This document shows positions 44,579-55,516 of a stretch of 64,000 nucleotides of DNA, piece by piece. Each line of letters starts with the position of its first letter. Within the stretch, counting starts at the first letter, position 1. Origin of the DNA: Acidobacteriota bacterium (GTDB lineage: Bacteria > Actinomycetota > Acidimicrobiia > Acidimicrobiales > RAAP-2). Made by a program: the position numbers and the translations under genes. The stretch covers positions 5,827 through 69,826 of the forward strand of contig JABBOA010000001.1 in NCBI GenBank assembly GCA_019352075.1. The letters run 5' to 3'. The notes below the pieces were generated by a model that worked only from the letters and a program-made list of their open reading frames with translations, was not told where the DNA came from and searched no databases.

Positions 44579-46716
44579 GCCAGGATCTGGGCCTCGTCGC
44601 GCCAGGCGTCGTAGCGGCCCGAGGGTCCTCCGTGTCCGGCACCCATCTCGGTCTTCAGTAGCGCAACGTTGGCGGGGTTGGCGTCGCGCAGCTTGAGCAC
44701 CCATTTGGCCGGTTCCCAGTACCCGACGCGCGAGTCGTTGAGACCCGCCGCCGCGAAGAGGTGGGGGTAGTACCGCGCCGTCGCGTCGTCGTTGGTGACG
44801 CGCACGTTGTCGTAGGGCGCGTAGGACTTCATCGTGCGATAGGCCTCGGGACTGGCGTCGGGGTTGCCCCACTCCTCCCATTCGCCGACGGTCAAGGGCA
44901 GTGAATCGTCCAGCATCGTGGTGAGGGCGTCGACGAAGGGGACTTCGGCCACGACGCAGCGGAACAACTCGGGGGCCAGGTTCATCACGGCGCCCATGAG
45001 CAGCCCACCGGCGGAGCCGCCGCGGGCCGCCAATTGCGTTGGCGTCGTCCAACCCTGCGCGATCAAGTGGCGCGCGACGCTCACGAAGTCGCTGAAGGTG
45101 GTGGGTTTCTGGGCGAGCTTGCCCATCTCGTACCAGGAACGACCCATCTCGCCGCCACCGCGCACGTGGGCGATGGCGAAGATCACGCCGCGGTCGAGCA
45201 GTGAGAGTCGCACCGAGGAGAAGGTCGGATCGATGGAGATCTCGTAACTGCCGTAGCCGTAAAGTACGAAGGGCGCGGCGCCGCGGGCGCGGAGGTTCCC
45301 CGCGTCGTCCACGTCGACGACGTCGCGTCGGGCGACCACCGAGACCGGTATCTTGACCCCGTCGCTCGCGTCGACCCACAGTCGGCCGGTGACGTAGGCG
45401 TGGGCGTCGTATCCCCCGAGCACCCGTTGCTGCTTGAGAATCGTCATCGCACCCGTGGCCACGTCGATGTCAGCCACTAGACGTGGCGTGACCATCGAGG
45501 TGATCGAGACGCGTAGCGCCGTGGCGTCGAACATCGCGTTGGCCGAGAGTGACACGGTGGTGGGGGGCTGCCCCCCGTCGACGAAGCGGGCGCGGGCTAG
45601 CAGGTCCTCTCCGAAGGGATCGTCGCCGTCGAGCAGTGGGGCGATTCGCACCGCGGCCGATCCCTCGTAGCGTTCCGAGATCGCCAAGAAGGAGGCGAAG
45701 GCGTCGACGCCGTCGAGTCGTTGGCCCGGTCGGTGCGCGATGACCTCGCGCCACGGTTCGTCGATGAACTCGACGCGGCGCACCACGAGGCGAAAGTCCG
45801 TCGCGTCCTCGTTGGTCACCTTGAGCCACCAACGACGTCCCTGGGCGTCGCGGAAGTGCTCGACGCTGTACTCGACGCCGTGGCGCCGCGGTTCGATCAG
45901 GACGAAGTCGGCCGTGGGCGTGGCCGCGTCGAGGTAGTACATCTCCGAGGTGGACGACGAGGACACCGCCACCAGGACGACGTCGTCGTCGCGACTGCGG
46001 CCCACCGAGACGTTGTACTGCGCATCGTCCTCTTGCAGCACCATGACGTCGTTCGCACTCGGCGTGCCGATCTCGTGGCGCCAGAGTTGCCACGGCCGCA
46101 TGGCGTCGTCGACGCGGGTGTAGAAGAAGTGGCGACTGTCGCTGGCCCAGGCGAAACCGTAGTAGACGTCGTCCAGGACGTCGTCCAAGGGGTCTTGGCC
46201 CGCGAGCGGCCGCACGCTCACCCGGTGGCGCTCGTCACCTTCGAAGTCCGTGCCCACCGCGACCCACGCGTCGTCGGGGCTGACCGCCATCACCCCCACC
46301 GAGAGGAAGTCGTGACCCTGGGCCTCGACGTTCTCGTCCAGGATCACCTGTTCGCCCGCGAGGTCGACCTCGGGTGATATCTCGGGGGGGCTGGTCACGC
46401 CCGCCGTGACGCGAAGTCGGCAACTGATCGGGTAGTTCAAACCCTCGCGCGTGCGTTCGTAGTACCACCAGTCACCCCGGCGCACCGGCACCGAGATGTC
46501 GGTCTCCTCGATGCGCGACTTGATCTCGTCGAAGAGCTCGGCCTCCAAGGGGGCCAGGTGGGCGAGCTCGTGGGCGAGGTAGGCGTTCTCGGCGCGCAAG
46601 TGAGCCAGGACGTCGGCGTTGTCTCGTTCGTTCAACCAGTAGTACGGGTCGACGCGGGTATCACCGTGACGGGTGATCTCGAAGGGGCGTTGGGGGACTT
46701 GGGGGGTGGACGGCAT
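44545..46716 (-). CDS. ptrB: Oligopeptidase B / prolyl oligopeptidase family S9A serine protease
   Basis: N-terminal beta-propeller region. Catalytic GGSAGGLLMG (Ser), then the Asp and His regions (GAGHGG). 723 aa. Confidence 0.9.
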   Translation of the reverse strand: MPSTPQVPQRPFEITRHGDTRVDPYYWLNERDNADVLAHLRAENAYLAHELAHLAPLEAELFDEIKSRIEETDISVPVRRGDWWYYERTREGLNYPISCRLRVTAGVTSPPEISPEVDLAGEQVILDENVEAQGHDFLSVGVMAVSPDDAWVAVGTDFEGDERHRVSVRPLAGQDPLDDVLDDVYYGFAWASDSRHFFYTRVDDAMRPWQLWRHEIGTPSANDVMVLQEDDAQYNVSVGRSRDDDVVLVAVSSSSTSEMYYLDAATPTADFVLIEPRRHGVEYSVEHFRDAQGRRWWLKVTNEDATDFRLVVRRVEFIDEPWREVIAHRPGQRLDGVDAFASFLAISERYEGSAAVRIAPLLDGDDPFGEDLLARARFVDGGQPPTTVSLSANAMFDATALRVSITSMVTPRLVADIDVATGAMTILKQQRVLGGYDAHAYVTGRLWVDASDGVKIPVSVVARRDVVDVDDAGNLRARGAAPFVLYGYGSYEISIDPTFSSVRLSLLDRGVIFAIAHVRGGGEMGRSWYEMGKLAQKPTTFSDFVSVARHLIAQGWTTPTQLAARGGSAGGLLMGAVMNLAPELFRCVVAEVPFVDALTTMLDDSLPLTVGEWEEWGNPDASPEAYRTMKSYAPYDNVRVTNDDATARYYPHLFAAAGLNDSRVGYWEPAKWVLKLRDANPANVALLKTEMGAGHGGPSGRYDAWRDEAQILAYLIHELGATA

Positions 46717-46809
46717 GGCTCTACTCTGTCAGATGCCGCGATAATTGTCGGCAAGGAGTCCCGCCGAGTTAGTAACATATCCGTAGGGTTAATCCTACGA
46801 AGGAGCACA

Positions 46810-48210
46810 ATGACCGTTGACAACCTGGACTTCAGCCGTTACCAGTTGGGCTGGTCGGACGACCAGATCCCCGTGTTCAAGCCCAAGAAGGGCATCAACG
46901 AGGCCATTGTCCGTGAGATGTCGGGCATCAAGTCCGAGGAACCGTGGATGCTCGATTTCCGGCTCAACGCGCTCAAGCGCTTCGAGCGCAAGCCGATGCT
47001 CGAATGGTTCGCCCGCCGCATGCCCGACCTCGACTTCAACGACATCTACTACTACATCAAGCCCACGGAGAACCGGGTCGAACGCTGGGAGGACCTCCCC
47101 GACGCCATCAAGAACACCTACGAGCGCTTGGGGATCCCCGAGGCCGAACGCAAGTACTTGGCGGGCGTCACCGCCCAGTACGAGTCCGAGGTGGTTTTTC
47201 ACCGTAATCGTGAGGACCTGGAGCGCCTCGGCGTCCTGTTCTGTGACATGGACACCGCCGTGCGTGAGTACCCGGAGTTGGTACGCAAATACTTCGGTAC
47301 GGTGATCCCGCCCAACGACAACAAGTTCGCGGCGCTGAACTCCGCGGTGTGGAGTGGTGGCTCGTTCATCTACGTGCCGCCAGGGGTCAACGTCGATCAA
47401 CCCCTGCAGGCGTATTTCCGTATCAACACCGAGAACATGGGTCAGTTCGAGCGCACCTTGATCATCGCTGACGAGGGGAGCCAGGTCCACTACGTCGAGG
47501 GCTGTTCGGCGCCGGTCTATTCGACCGACTCCCTGCACTCCGCCGTGGTCGAACTCGTCGCCCTCAAGGGTTCACGGATCACTTACACGACCATTCAGAA
47601 TTGGTCCAACAACGTGTACAACCTCGTCACCAAGCGCGCTCGGGCCGAGGAGGAGGCCCACGTCGAGTGGATCGATGGCAATATCGGGTCGCGCCTCACC
47701 ATGAAGTACCCGAGTGTGTACCTGATGGGTCCCAAGGCGTCGGGTGAGGTCTTGTCCGTGGCGTACGCCGGCCCGGGCCAGATCCAGGACGCCGGCGCCA
47801 AGATGGTGCACTGCGCCCCCGAGACGACCTCGACGATCATCTCCAAATCCATTTCCAAGGACGGGGGCCAGACGACCTATCGTGGGCTGGTCAAAGTCGA
47901 AGAGGGAGCCACCGGCGCCAAGGCGTTCGTTCGCTGCGACGCCCTCCTGCTCGACGAACAGTCGATTTCCGAGACCAAGCCCTACATGGAGGTCGGTGAG
48001 CAGGATGCCTCGATCGGTCACGAGGCGACCGTCTCGAAGATCGGCGACGACCAGTTGTTCTACCTCATGAGTCGTGGTCTGACCGAGACCCAGTCCATGG
48101 GCATGATCGTCAACGGGTTCATCGAACCGGTGACGCGGACCCTGCCGATGGAGTACGCCGTGGAGTGGTCACGCCTGATCGAGTTACAGATGGAGGGTTC
48201 GATCGGTTAG
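46810..48210 (+). CDS. sufB: Fe-S cluster assembly protein SufB
   Basis: Conserved SufB blocks FAALNSAVWSGGSFIYVP, GQFERTLIIADEGS and ITYTTIQNW. ATG 46810 is preceded by GAAGGAG. Confidence 0.94.
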   Translation: MTVDNLDFSRYQLGWSDDQIPVFKPKKGINEAIVREMSGIKSEEPWMLDFRLNALKRFERKPMLEWFARRMPDLDFNDIYYYIKPTENRVERWEDLPDAIKNTYERLGIPEAERKYLAGVTAQYESEVVFHRNREDLERLGVLFCDMDTAVREYPELVRKYFGTVIPPNDNKFAALNSAVWSGGSFIYVPPGVNVDQPLQAYFRINTENMGQFERTLIIADEGSQVHYVEGCSAPVYSTDSLHSAVVELVALKGSRITYTTIQNWSNNVYNLVTKRARAEEEAHVEWIDGNIGSRLTMKYPSVYLMGPKASGEVLSVAYAGPGQIQDAGAKMVHCAPETTSTIISKSISKDGGQTTYRGLVKVEEGATGAKAFVRCDALLLDEQSISETKPYMEVGEQDASIGHEATVSKIGDDQLFYLMSRGLTETQSMGMIVNGFIEPVTRTLPMEYAVEWSRLIELQMEGSIG

Positions 48211-48270
48211 GACCTTGGTCGCGGACACCGCGGCCGGTCTTCGCCTCGAGCGTGACACAATGGAGTCGAC

Positions 48271-48627
48271 ATGGGAATGCGAGAGGAATGCAAGCACTTC
48301 CAGAGCCGTACCTACGCCTCTGGTGAAGTCGCGCGTTTCTGCGTGCTCGGCAACGCACCGGATCAGCCCTGGAGCTGTCCCGATAACTGCCTCACCTACG
48401 AACGACGTCTGGCCGATGTGGGCTGGGCGCACGGTTCGCTGGCGCGCCGTCCCAACGTCGAAGAGCCCCCGCCCACCGACGTGCCCGTCGAGGATCGTCG
48501 CGACATCCTCAACGCCGCCAGTGAGATCATCGACGCCGTCGCGCCGGACCTCTTCGAGGAGCGCCGACGCGTCTTGGAGGAGATGGAGAAGAAACAACGT
48601 CGCGGCTGGAAGTTCTGGCGTCGTTGA
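48271..48627 (+). CDS. Uncharacterised Cys4 protein encoded between sufB and sufD
   Basis: 118 aa with Cys at positions 7, 24, 36 and 40 (C-x16-C-x11-C-x3-C), an acidic middle and a basic helical tail. Coding-like GC3. Confidence 0.7.
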   Translation: MGMREECKHFQSRTYASGEVARFCVLGNAPDQPWSCPDNCLTYERRLADVGWAHGSLARRPNVEEPPPTDVPVEDRRDILNAASEIIDAVAPDLFEERRRVLEEMEKKQRRGWKFWRR

Positions 48628-48681
48628 CGTCATCGGCGCGAGCGTCCGCTCGGGCCCGTTACACTCTCCTCGCCCCTCGTT

Positions 48682-49902
48682 ATGACAACCTTCGCCGACT
48701 CCGCACGTTCCTACCTCGACGCCACCACGGGTTCACCCTCGCGTACCCAGGCGTGGGACGCCTTCACGACGCTGGGTCTACCGACGACGGCCGACGAAGT
48801 GTGGCGCTACGCGCCGTTGGTCGATTTCGATCTTGACCACTTCACCCTGGCCACGGGGACCGCGTCGCCCGCGCCCTCGCCCCTGGCCGTCGCCCTGGCC
48901 GAACGCGCGGGCCTGGTGGTGCGCCTCGTGGATGGCTTCCTCTGCTCAGTCGAGGGCGAACTCGCGGGCGTGAGCGTGAGTACCGTGGAATCGCAGTGGT
49001 CCCAGAAGTACGCGTCCGACGCCTTCGCTCTGCTCAACTGTGCGCTCGCTCCCGCGAGCGTCGTGGTGAGCGTCGCCGACGGCGTGAACGTCACGGCACC
49101 CATCGTCATCTTGAACACCATCACGACGGCCGCGGCGTTCCCCCAGATTCGTCTCGCTCTGGGTAGATCCGCGCAGGCGTCGATCGTCGAATACCTCGAC
49201 GGAGGCGTCGACGCGCTGGTCGTGCCCGTGAGCGACTACGACCTCGCCGAGAACTCGTCGCTCCAGTTGAGCACCTATCAACGTCTCGACACCAGTGCGT
49301 GGCACATCGCACGCTCGACGGGTCACGTGGGGCGCGACGCGCGACTGCGTCAGGCGGTCATCTCCATCGGTGGTCACTACAACCGGTCGCGCAACGACGC
49401 CGAATTCTTGGCGCCGGGGGCCGAGAACGAACTGCGAACGACGTTCTTGGGGTCGGGGGATCAAGTGCATGATTTCCGCACGCGCCAGTTCCACCGCGTG
49501 GGTCGCACCCGCTCGACCCTGCTCTCCAAGGGCGCCGTGGCGGATCACTCTCGCTCGGTCTACACCGGCCTGATCGAGATCGAGAAGGGGGCCAAGCGCA
49601 CCGACGCGCGCCAGACGAATCACAACCTGCTGCTCTCACCGCACGCGCACGCCGACAGCGTCCCCAACCTGGACATTCGCGAGAACGACGTGATGTGCGC
49701 CCACGCCTCGAGCGTCGGTCCGCTCGACGAACTGCAGCGTTGGTATCTCGAGTCGCGCGGCGTCTCGCGACCGGACGCCGAGCGCCTCATGATCCAGGGT
49801 TTCTTCAACGAGATGCTCGCGACGCTGCCCGCAGAACTGGCCAGCGTCGTCGAGCGCGACCTGGGCGAGGTCCTGCAACTGGTGGAGATCGTGACGCCGT
49901 GA
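48682..49902 (+). CDS. sufD: Fe-S cluster assembly protein SufD
   Basis: SufB/D beta-helix C-terminal blocks NLLLSPHAHADSVPNLDI...MCAHASSVGPLDE..LFYL-type. 406 aa. Confidence 0.9.
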   Translation: MTTFADSARSYLDATTGSPSRTQAWDAFTTLGLPTTADEVWRYAPLVDFDLDHFTLATGTASPAPSPLAVALAERAGLVVRLVDGFLCSVEGELAGVSVSTVESQWSQKYASDAFALLNCALAPASVVVSVADGVNVTAPIVILNTITTAAAFPQIRLALGRSAQASIVEYLDGGVDALVVPVSDYDLAENSSLQLSTYQRLDTSAWHIARSTGHVGRDARLRQAVISIGGHYNRSRNDAEFLAPGAENELRTTFLGSGDQVHDFRTRQFHRVGRTRSTLLSKGAVADHSRSVYTGLIEIEKGAKRTDARQTNHNLLLSPHAHADSVPNLDIRENDVMCAHASSVGPLDELQRWYLESRGVSRPDAERLMIQGFFNEMLATLPAELASVVERDLGEVLQLVEIVTP

Positions 49903-50213
49903 CGACGTTCGATATCGGCACGCTCGACGACTACGAGCACGGTCAGGCCACCCAGGTGCGCCGTGGCGACCGCGTCCTGGTCGTGGTGCGCATCGAGGAC
50001 GACGTGTACGTCCTCGATGACCGCTGCAGCCACGAGGACTTCTCGTTGGCGCAGGGCGAAGTCGACGTGGCGACCTGCGAGATCGAGTGTGCGCGCCACG
50101 GCGCCATGTTCCAGCTCAAGGACGGCGAGCCCGCGTCGTTCCCCGCGACGCGCCCCGTCGCGCACTACGACGTTCAACACGAGGCCGGGCGACTCCAGGT
50201 GGTGGTGAAATGA
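49899..50213 (+). CDS. Rieske [2Fe-2S] ferredoxin-like protein
   Basis: CSHEDFSL...CARHGAMF (CxH...CxxH) motifs. GTGA overlap with sufD and ATGA overlap with the next gene. About 104 aa. Confidence 0.85.
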   Translation: MTTFDIGTLDDYEHGQATQVRRGDRVLVVVRIEDDVYVLDDRCSHEDFSLAQGEVDVATCEIECARHGAMFQLKDGEPASFPATRPVAHYDVQHEAGRLQVVVK

Positions 50214-50929
50214 GCGTTCTGTCGATCTCGGGCCTGCGCGTGGACGTCGCGGGCAAGGAAGTCCTGAAGGGCTTCGACCTGACCATGTCGTCGGGTGAAG
50301 TGCACGTCATCATGGGTCCCAACGGTTCGGGGAAGTCCACGCTGGCGCACGCGATCGCCGGTCACCCGGGCTACCAGGTCCGTGAGGGGTCGGTGCGGAT
50401 CGATGGCGTCGAACTCCTCGACCTGTCGCCGACCGAGCGGGCCCGTCACGGACTCTTCCTCGCCCTGCAACACCCGATGGAGGTGCCCGGGGTGCGGCCC
50501 GTGGACCTGTTGGCGGCCGCGGGCGCCTCGCGCGTCGATCTGATGGCGCGTATGCGCGACGAGGCCCGTCGCGTCGAACTGCGACCCGACGTGCTCGAGC
50601 GGTTCGTCAACGTCGACTTGTCGGGGGGGGAGCGAAAGCGTGCGGAGATGGTGCAGCTGGCCATCCTTCGACCCAAGTTCGCCCTGCTCGACGAGATCGA
50701 CTCGGGTCTGGACGTCGACGCCCTGGGCGCCGTCGCCCGTCGCCTCCAAGAAGCGACCCTCGAATGGGACTGTGGGGTGCTGGCAATCACCCACTTCCGG
50801 CGACTGCTGCACGAGTTGACGCCCACCACGATCCACGTGGTGAGCGCGGGTCGGGTGGTGGCGACCGGTGGTCCGGAGCTCGCCGAGATCCTGGAAAGGG
50901 ATGGTTACGAGCCCTTTCGAATTGAGTAG
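50210..50929 (+). CDS. sufC: SufC-like ABC ATPase (divergent, shorter paralogue)
   Basis: Walker A GPNGSGKST, signature LSGGERKR, Walker B LLDEIDSGLD and H-loop ITHF. 239 aa. Confidence 0.88.
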   Translation: MSVLSISGLRVDVAGKEVLKGFDLTMSSGEVHVIMGPNGSGKSTLAHAIAGHPGYQVREGSVRIDGVELLDLSPTERARHGLFLALQHPMEVPGVRPVDLLAAAGASRVDLMARMRDEARRVELRPDVLERFVNVDLSGGERKRAEMVQLAILRPKFALLDEIDSGLDVDALGAVARRLQEATLEWDCGVLAITHFRRLLHELTPTTIHVVSAGRVVATGGPELAEILERDGYEPFRIE

Positions 50930-50970
50930 AAGTACATTCGATTCTTAAGTTTCGCTGGTAAAGTCTCCTA

Positions 50971-52335
50971 ATGCCCTCGGGAACCCCTGACGATGCACGT
51001 GGTCGGTCGCGTCGCGCCACCCCCCACCCCGGCGGCCTCGCGAACGCGCACCGTCTCGCCGCACTGGGTGAAGCCATCGACGAGAAGGCGGGCGTGAAAC
51101 ACAAGAAGCGTGTCCCCAAGGCCGCGCGCACCGGTTGGCGACGTCACCGGGGCTGGTGGATCTCCGGCGTGTCGGTGCTCGTGGTCCTCGCGGTGATCGT
51201 GGGCGGCGGCTACCTGTACGCGAACTGGCGATTCAGCCAGATCCCCAAGCTCAACGTCGCCGGCGAAGTGGCCCGGGTGGGCAATCAGCCCTTCAACATC
51301 CTCGAGATCGGATCGGACTCGCGCGCGGGGCTCTCGGGCTACGTGGCGGCCCAGACGGGTGCCTCGACCGGCCAGGCCTCGGGTCAGCGCAGTGACGTGG
51401 TCAAAATCATGCACGTCGATCCAGCCAACAATACGATCACGGTGCTGTCGATTCCTCGCGACACCGTGACCACGCTGCTCGCCAATCAGAATCTCTACGG
51501 AAAGTTCAACCGGCTCAACGTGAACTTCGGCACGGGACCCTCCCTGCTGTCCCAGACCATCACCGCCAATTTCGGCATCCCCATCGCTCACACCGTGGTC
51601 GTGAGCTTCGCCGGCATCATCAACGCGGCCAACGCGATCGGCGGGGTCTACTTGAACTTCCCCTACCCGGCCAAGGACGCCTACTCGGCGCTCAACATCC
51701 CCCACGCGGGCTGTCAACTGGTGACGAACTTCCAGGCGCTCGCCCTGGTGCGCAGCCGGCACTACCAGTGGTACCAGAACGGCGTGTGGCACATGGACGT
51801 GACCAGTGACTACGGTCGCATCTACCGTCAGAACGAATTCATCAAGGGCATGATCGCACGGGCCAAGGGGCTCTACAATCCCATCACCATCGACTCGTTC
51901 CTCTCGAAATTACCCGCGGGGATCGCGCTCGACAGTCACTTCTCCCTCGGCGAGTTGATCGGTCTGGCGATCAAGTTCCACAACATCGATCCGACCAATC
52001 TCGTGACCTACACTTTGCCCACCGCTCCGGGTTCCTACGGCAACCTCGGCAGCATCCTCTTCGTGCAGGAACCCGCGATGCAGCAGACCCTCATCAGGAT
52101 CTTCGGCAACCAACTGATCAAACCGACCAATCCACCACCGGTCAATTCCGCCGGCGCGACGCCGACCTGGACGGTTCCCACGACGGCCAAGACGTCGTCG
52201 GTGCAGATCCCGTCCAAGGGCGCCTCGTTCCTGGTGAACCTGGCCGCCTCGTCGAGCACCGCCCCGACCACCACGACGACGTTGCCCCCCGAAGGCGACC
52301 AGTACTTCGATCCCTTCCCCTGCACGCCCAAATAG
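50971..52335 (+). CDS. LytR-CpsA-Psr (LCP) family cell-envelope phosphotransferase
   Basis: N-terminal TM. NILEIGSDSR...RSDVVKIMHVDP...VLSIPRD LCP core. Thr/Pro-rich C-terminus. Confidence 0.88.
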   Translation: MPSGTPDDARGRSRRATPHPGGLANAHRLAALGEAIDEKAGVKHKKRVPKAARTGWRRHRGWWISGVSVLVVLAVIVGGGYLYANWRFSQIPKLNVAGEVARVGNQPFNILEIGSDSRAGLSGYVAAQTGASTGQASGQRSDVVKIMHVDPANNTITVLSIPRDTVTTLLANQNLYGKFNRLNVNFGTGPSLLSQTITANFGIPIAHTVVVSFAGIINAANAIGGVYLNFPYPAKDAYSALNIPHAGCQLVTNFQALALVRSRHYQWYQNGVWHMDVTSDYGRIYRQNEFIKGMIARAKGLYNPITIDSFLSKLPAGIALDSHFSLGELIGLAIKFHNIDPTNLVTYTLPTAPGSYGNLGSILFVQEPAMQQTLIRIFGNQLIKPTNPPPVNSAGATPTWTVPTTAKTSSVQIPSKGASFLVNLAASSSTAPTTTTTLPPEGDQYFDPFPCTPK

Positions 52336-52343
52336 GCGACGCG

Positions 52344-52817
52344 CTAGGTGGAGGTCTCGTCGAGCGCCTGGGCGAGGGTGTTCCAGGCGAGCGTCGCGCA
52401 CTTGATGCGTACCGGGAACTTGACGACGCCGGCCAGGGCGGCGAGTTCGCCGAGGCGGCGCAGGTCGGCGTCGGGCGACGTCGCGACCGCGGGCTCGCCG
52501 AGTTGGCCCTCGTGCACGGTCATCAACTGCTTGAACGTGGCGATGGTGTCGCGTACCTGTTCGAGGGTCTTGCCCTTGACGGCGCCGCTCATGAGCGACG
52601 ACGACGCCTGGGAGATCGAGCAGCCGTGTCCGGTCAGCTTGATGTCGACCAAGACGCCGTCGTCGATCAGGACGTAGACGACGATCTCGTCACCGCAGAG
52701 CGGGTTGAACCCTTCGACGTGGTGGGCCGGGGGGGGCAGTTCACCACGATTGCGCGGTGAACGATAGTGGTCGAGAATGATCTCGCGGTACAGGTCGTCG
52801 AGGTTCGCCATGATCAA
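52344..52817 (-). CDS. sufU: SUF system Fe-S scaffold/sulfur acceptor SufU (NifU-like)
   Basis: LYREIILDHYRSPRNRG, NPLCGDEI and GHGCSISQAS motifs. 157 aa. Confidence 0.92.
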   Translation of the reverse strand: MIMANLDDLYREIILDHYRSPRNRGELPPPAHHVEGFNPLCGDEIVVYVLIDDGVLVDIKLTGHGCSISQASSSLMSGAVKGKTLEQVRDTIATFKQLMTVHEGQLGEPAVATSPDADLRRLGELAALAGVVKFPVRIKCATLAWNTLAQALDETST

Positions 52818-54045
52818 CCGAACATCGTCACGGCGTGGGTGAGGGCCTCGAGCAGGACGTCGGTGTCGCTCACCAGGGAGTAGGGCCCGTAGGACGCCCG
52901 GGCGGTGGCCGCGAGGCCGAATCGCTTCATCAACGGTTTGGCGCAGTGGTGCCCCGGACGCACGCAGACGCCGAACTGATCAAGCACCTGGGCGACGTCG
53001 TGCGGGTGCACACCCTCGACGTCCAGCGAGATCACCCCGCCGCGGTCGAGGGTGTCACTCGGGCCGATGACGCGCACCCGGCCGTTGAACTCCAGGGCGA
53101 GACGAGTCAACGCGTCGCCGGTGAGCTCCTTCTCGTAGGCGGCGATGTTGTCCATGCCCAGGCCTTCGAGATACGTCAGTGCGGCGGCGAGGCCCGCCGT
53201 CTCGGCGATGGGTGGGGTACCGGCTTCGAAGCGTGAAGGACCGGTCGTGGCGGTGAACCCGTTGACGCTCACGTCCTTGATCATGCCGCCACCGCCGAGG
53301 AAGGGGGGCATCGACGACAGGATCTCCTGACGTGCCCACAGGACCCCGAGGCCCGTCGGTCCGAGCATCTTGTGCGCGGAGAAGGCGAGGAAGTCCACGT
53401 CGAGCGCCACGACGTCGGTCGACGAATGCGCCACGGACTGCGCGCCGTCCACGGCGATCAACGCCCCGTGCGCGTGGGCCATCTCGGCGAGATCGTGAAT
53501 CGGATTGATGGTGCCGAGCACGTTGGACATACCGGTCACGGACACCAGTTTGACGCCACGCATCAACTCATCGATCCGGGAGATGTCGAGTCGGAAGTCG
53601 TCGTCCACCGGGATGAAGCGAACTTCGACGCCGTGTGACTCGCGCAATTGGAACCAGGGCACGATGTTGGCGTGGTGCTCCATCTCGCTGACGAGCACGA
53701 CGTCACCGGGCGAGAGGAACGCCGCCCCCCACGAGCGCGCCAGCAGGTTGAACGCCTCGGTGGCGTTCTTGGTGAAGACGATCTCCTCGGAGCCGCCGGG
53801 GGCGTTCAAGAAACGTGCCGTGCGCGCGCGCGCCCCTTCGTAGACGGCGGTGGCTTCGTTGGCCGTCTGGTACACGCCGCGGTGGACGTTGGCGTGGTGA
53901 TGCTGGTAGTAGCGGTCCATCGCTTCGATGACCGATCGCGGGGTCAGCGACGACGCGCCCGAGTCGAGGTAGGTGATCGGTCGATCGTTGATCACTCGTT
54001 GCATCAAAGGAATGTCGCCGCGAACTTGCCGCGGGTCGAAACTGG

Positions 54046-54049
<4 letters not shown>
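52814..54049 (-). CDS. sufS: Cysteine desulfurase SufS (group II)
   Basis: HHANVHRG, FSAHKMLGPTGLGVLW (PLP Lys) and RPGHHCAKPL (active-site Cys). 411 aa. Confidence 0.94.
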
Positions 54050-54804
<755 letters not shown>

Positions 54805-54840
54805 GGTGGACAGCCTACCGGGAGCCCCGATATCCGTTAC

Positions 54841-55458
54841 TCACCAGCCCCGCGCGACCCACTCGTCCAGGTGAGGACGTTCGACGCCCACGGTCGTGGC
54901 CGCGCCGTGGCCGGGCCACACGATCGTGTCGGCCCCGTAGGGTCGAAAGAGGCGTTGCTCGATGCTGGTGATGATGGTGGCGAAGTCCCCGCCCTCGAAC
55001 GAGGTGGCTCCGGGTCCCCCGGGAAAGAGCGTGTCCCCGCTGAAGAGCACGGGGGTCCCCACCAGGGAGAAGCAGAGTGAACCGGGCGTGTGTCCAGGGG
55101 TGTGGATCGTGCGCAGGCGAAGGTCGCCCACGATCACGTCCACGTCATCGTCGAGTAGGTGGTCGTACCCGGGCAACAGTCCGGCGTCCTCGGCACGCAC
55201 CCACACGTCGAGGCCCGCGGCGCGGACCTGGGCAACGGCGCCGATGTGGTCCCAGTGCCCGTGGGTCTCGAGCACCGAGGCCACGCCGAGCGTCCTGGCG
55301 ACGTCGAGGAGTCTCTCGTGTTCGTTGGCGGCGTCGATGAGCGTCGCGACGCCGGTGCGTCGACAGCGTACGACGTACACGTTGTTGTCGAGGGGACCGA
55401 CGACGAAGCGATGGACTTCCGCGGCGGCGCTCGACCAGACCAGGGCGACGTTGTGCAC
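54841..55458 (-). CDS. MBL-fold metallo-hydrolase (hydroxyacylglutathione hydrolase-like); start uncertain (55458 GTG or 55518 ATG)
   Basis: LIDAANE...ETHGHWDHIG (HxHxDH) and HTPGHTPGS motifs. The typical family N-terminus begins near VHRFVVGPLDNNVYVV. Confidence 0.8.
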   Translation of the reverse strand: MHNVALVWSSAAAEVHRFVVGPLDNNVYVVRCRRTGVATLIDAANEHERLLDVARTLGVASVLETHGHWDHIGAVAQVRAAGLDVWVRAEDAGLLPGYDHLLDDDVDVIVGDLRLRTIHTPGHTPGSLCFSLVGTPVLFSGDTLFPGGPGATSFEGGDFATIITSIEQRLFRPYGADTIVWPGHGAATTVGVERPHLDEWVARGW

Positions 55459-55516
55459 GCTCTGAGTCTGCCAGAACTCGCGCGCCGCGCGACCTGCTTT
55501 ACCATAGGGGGACACC

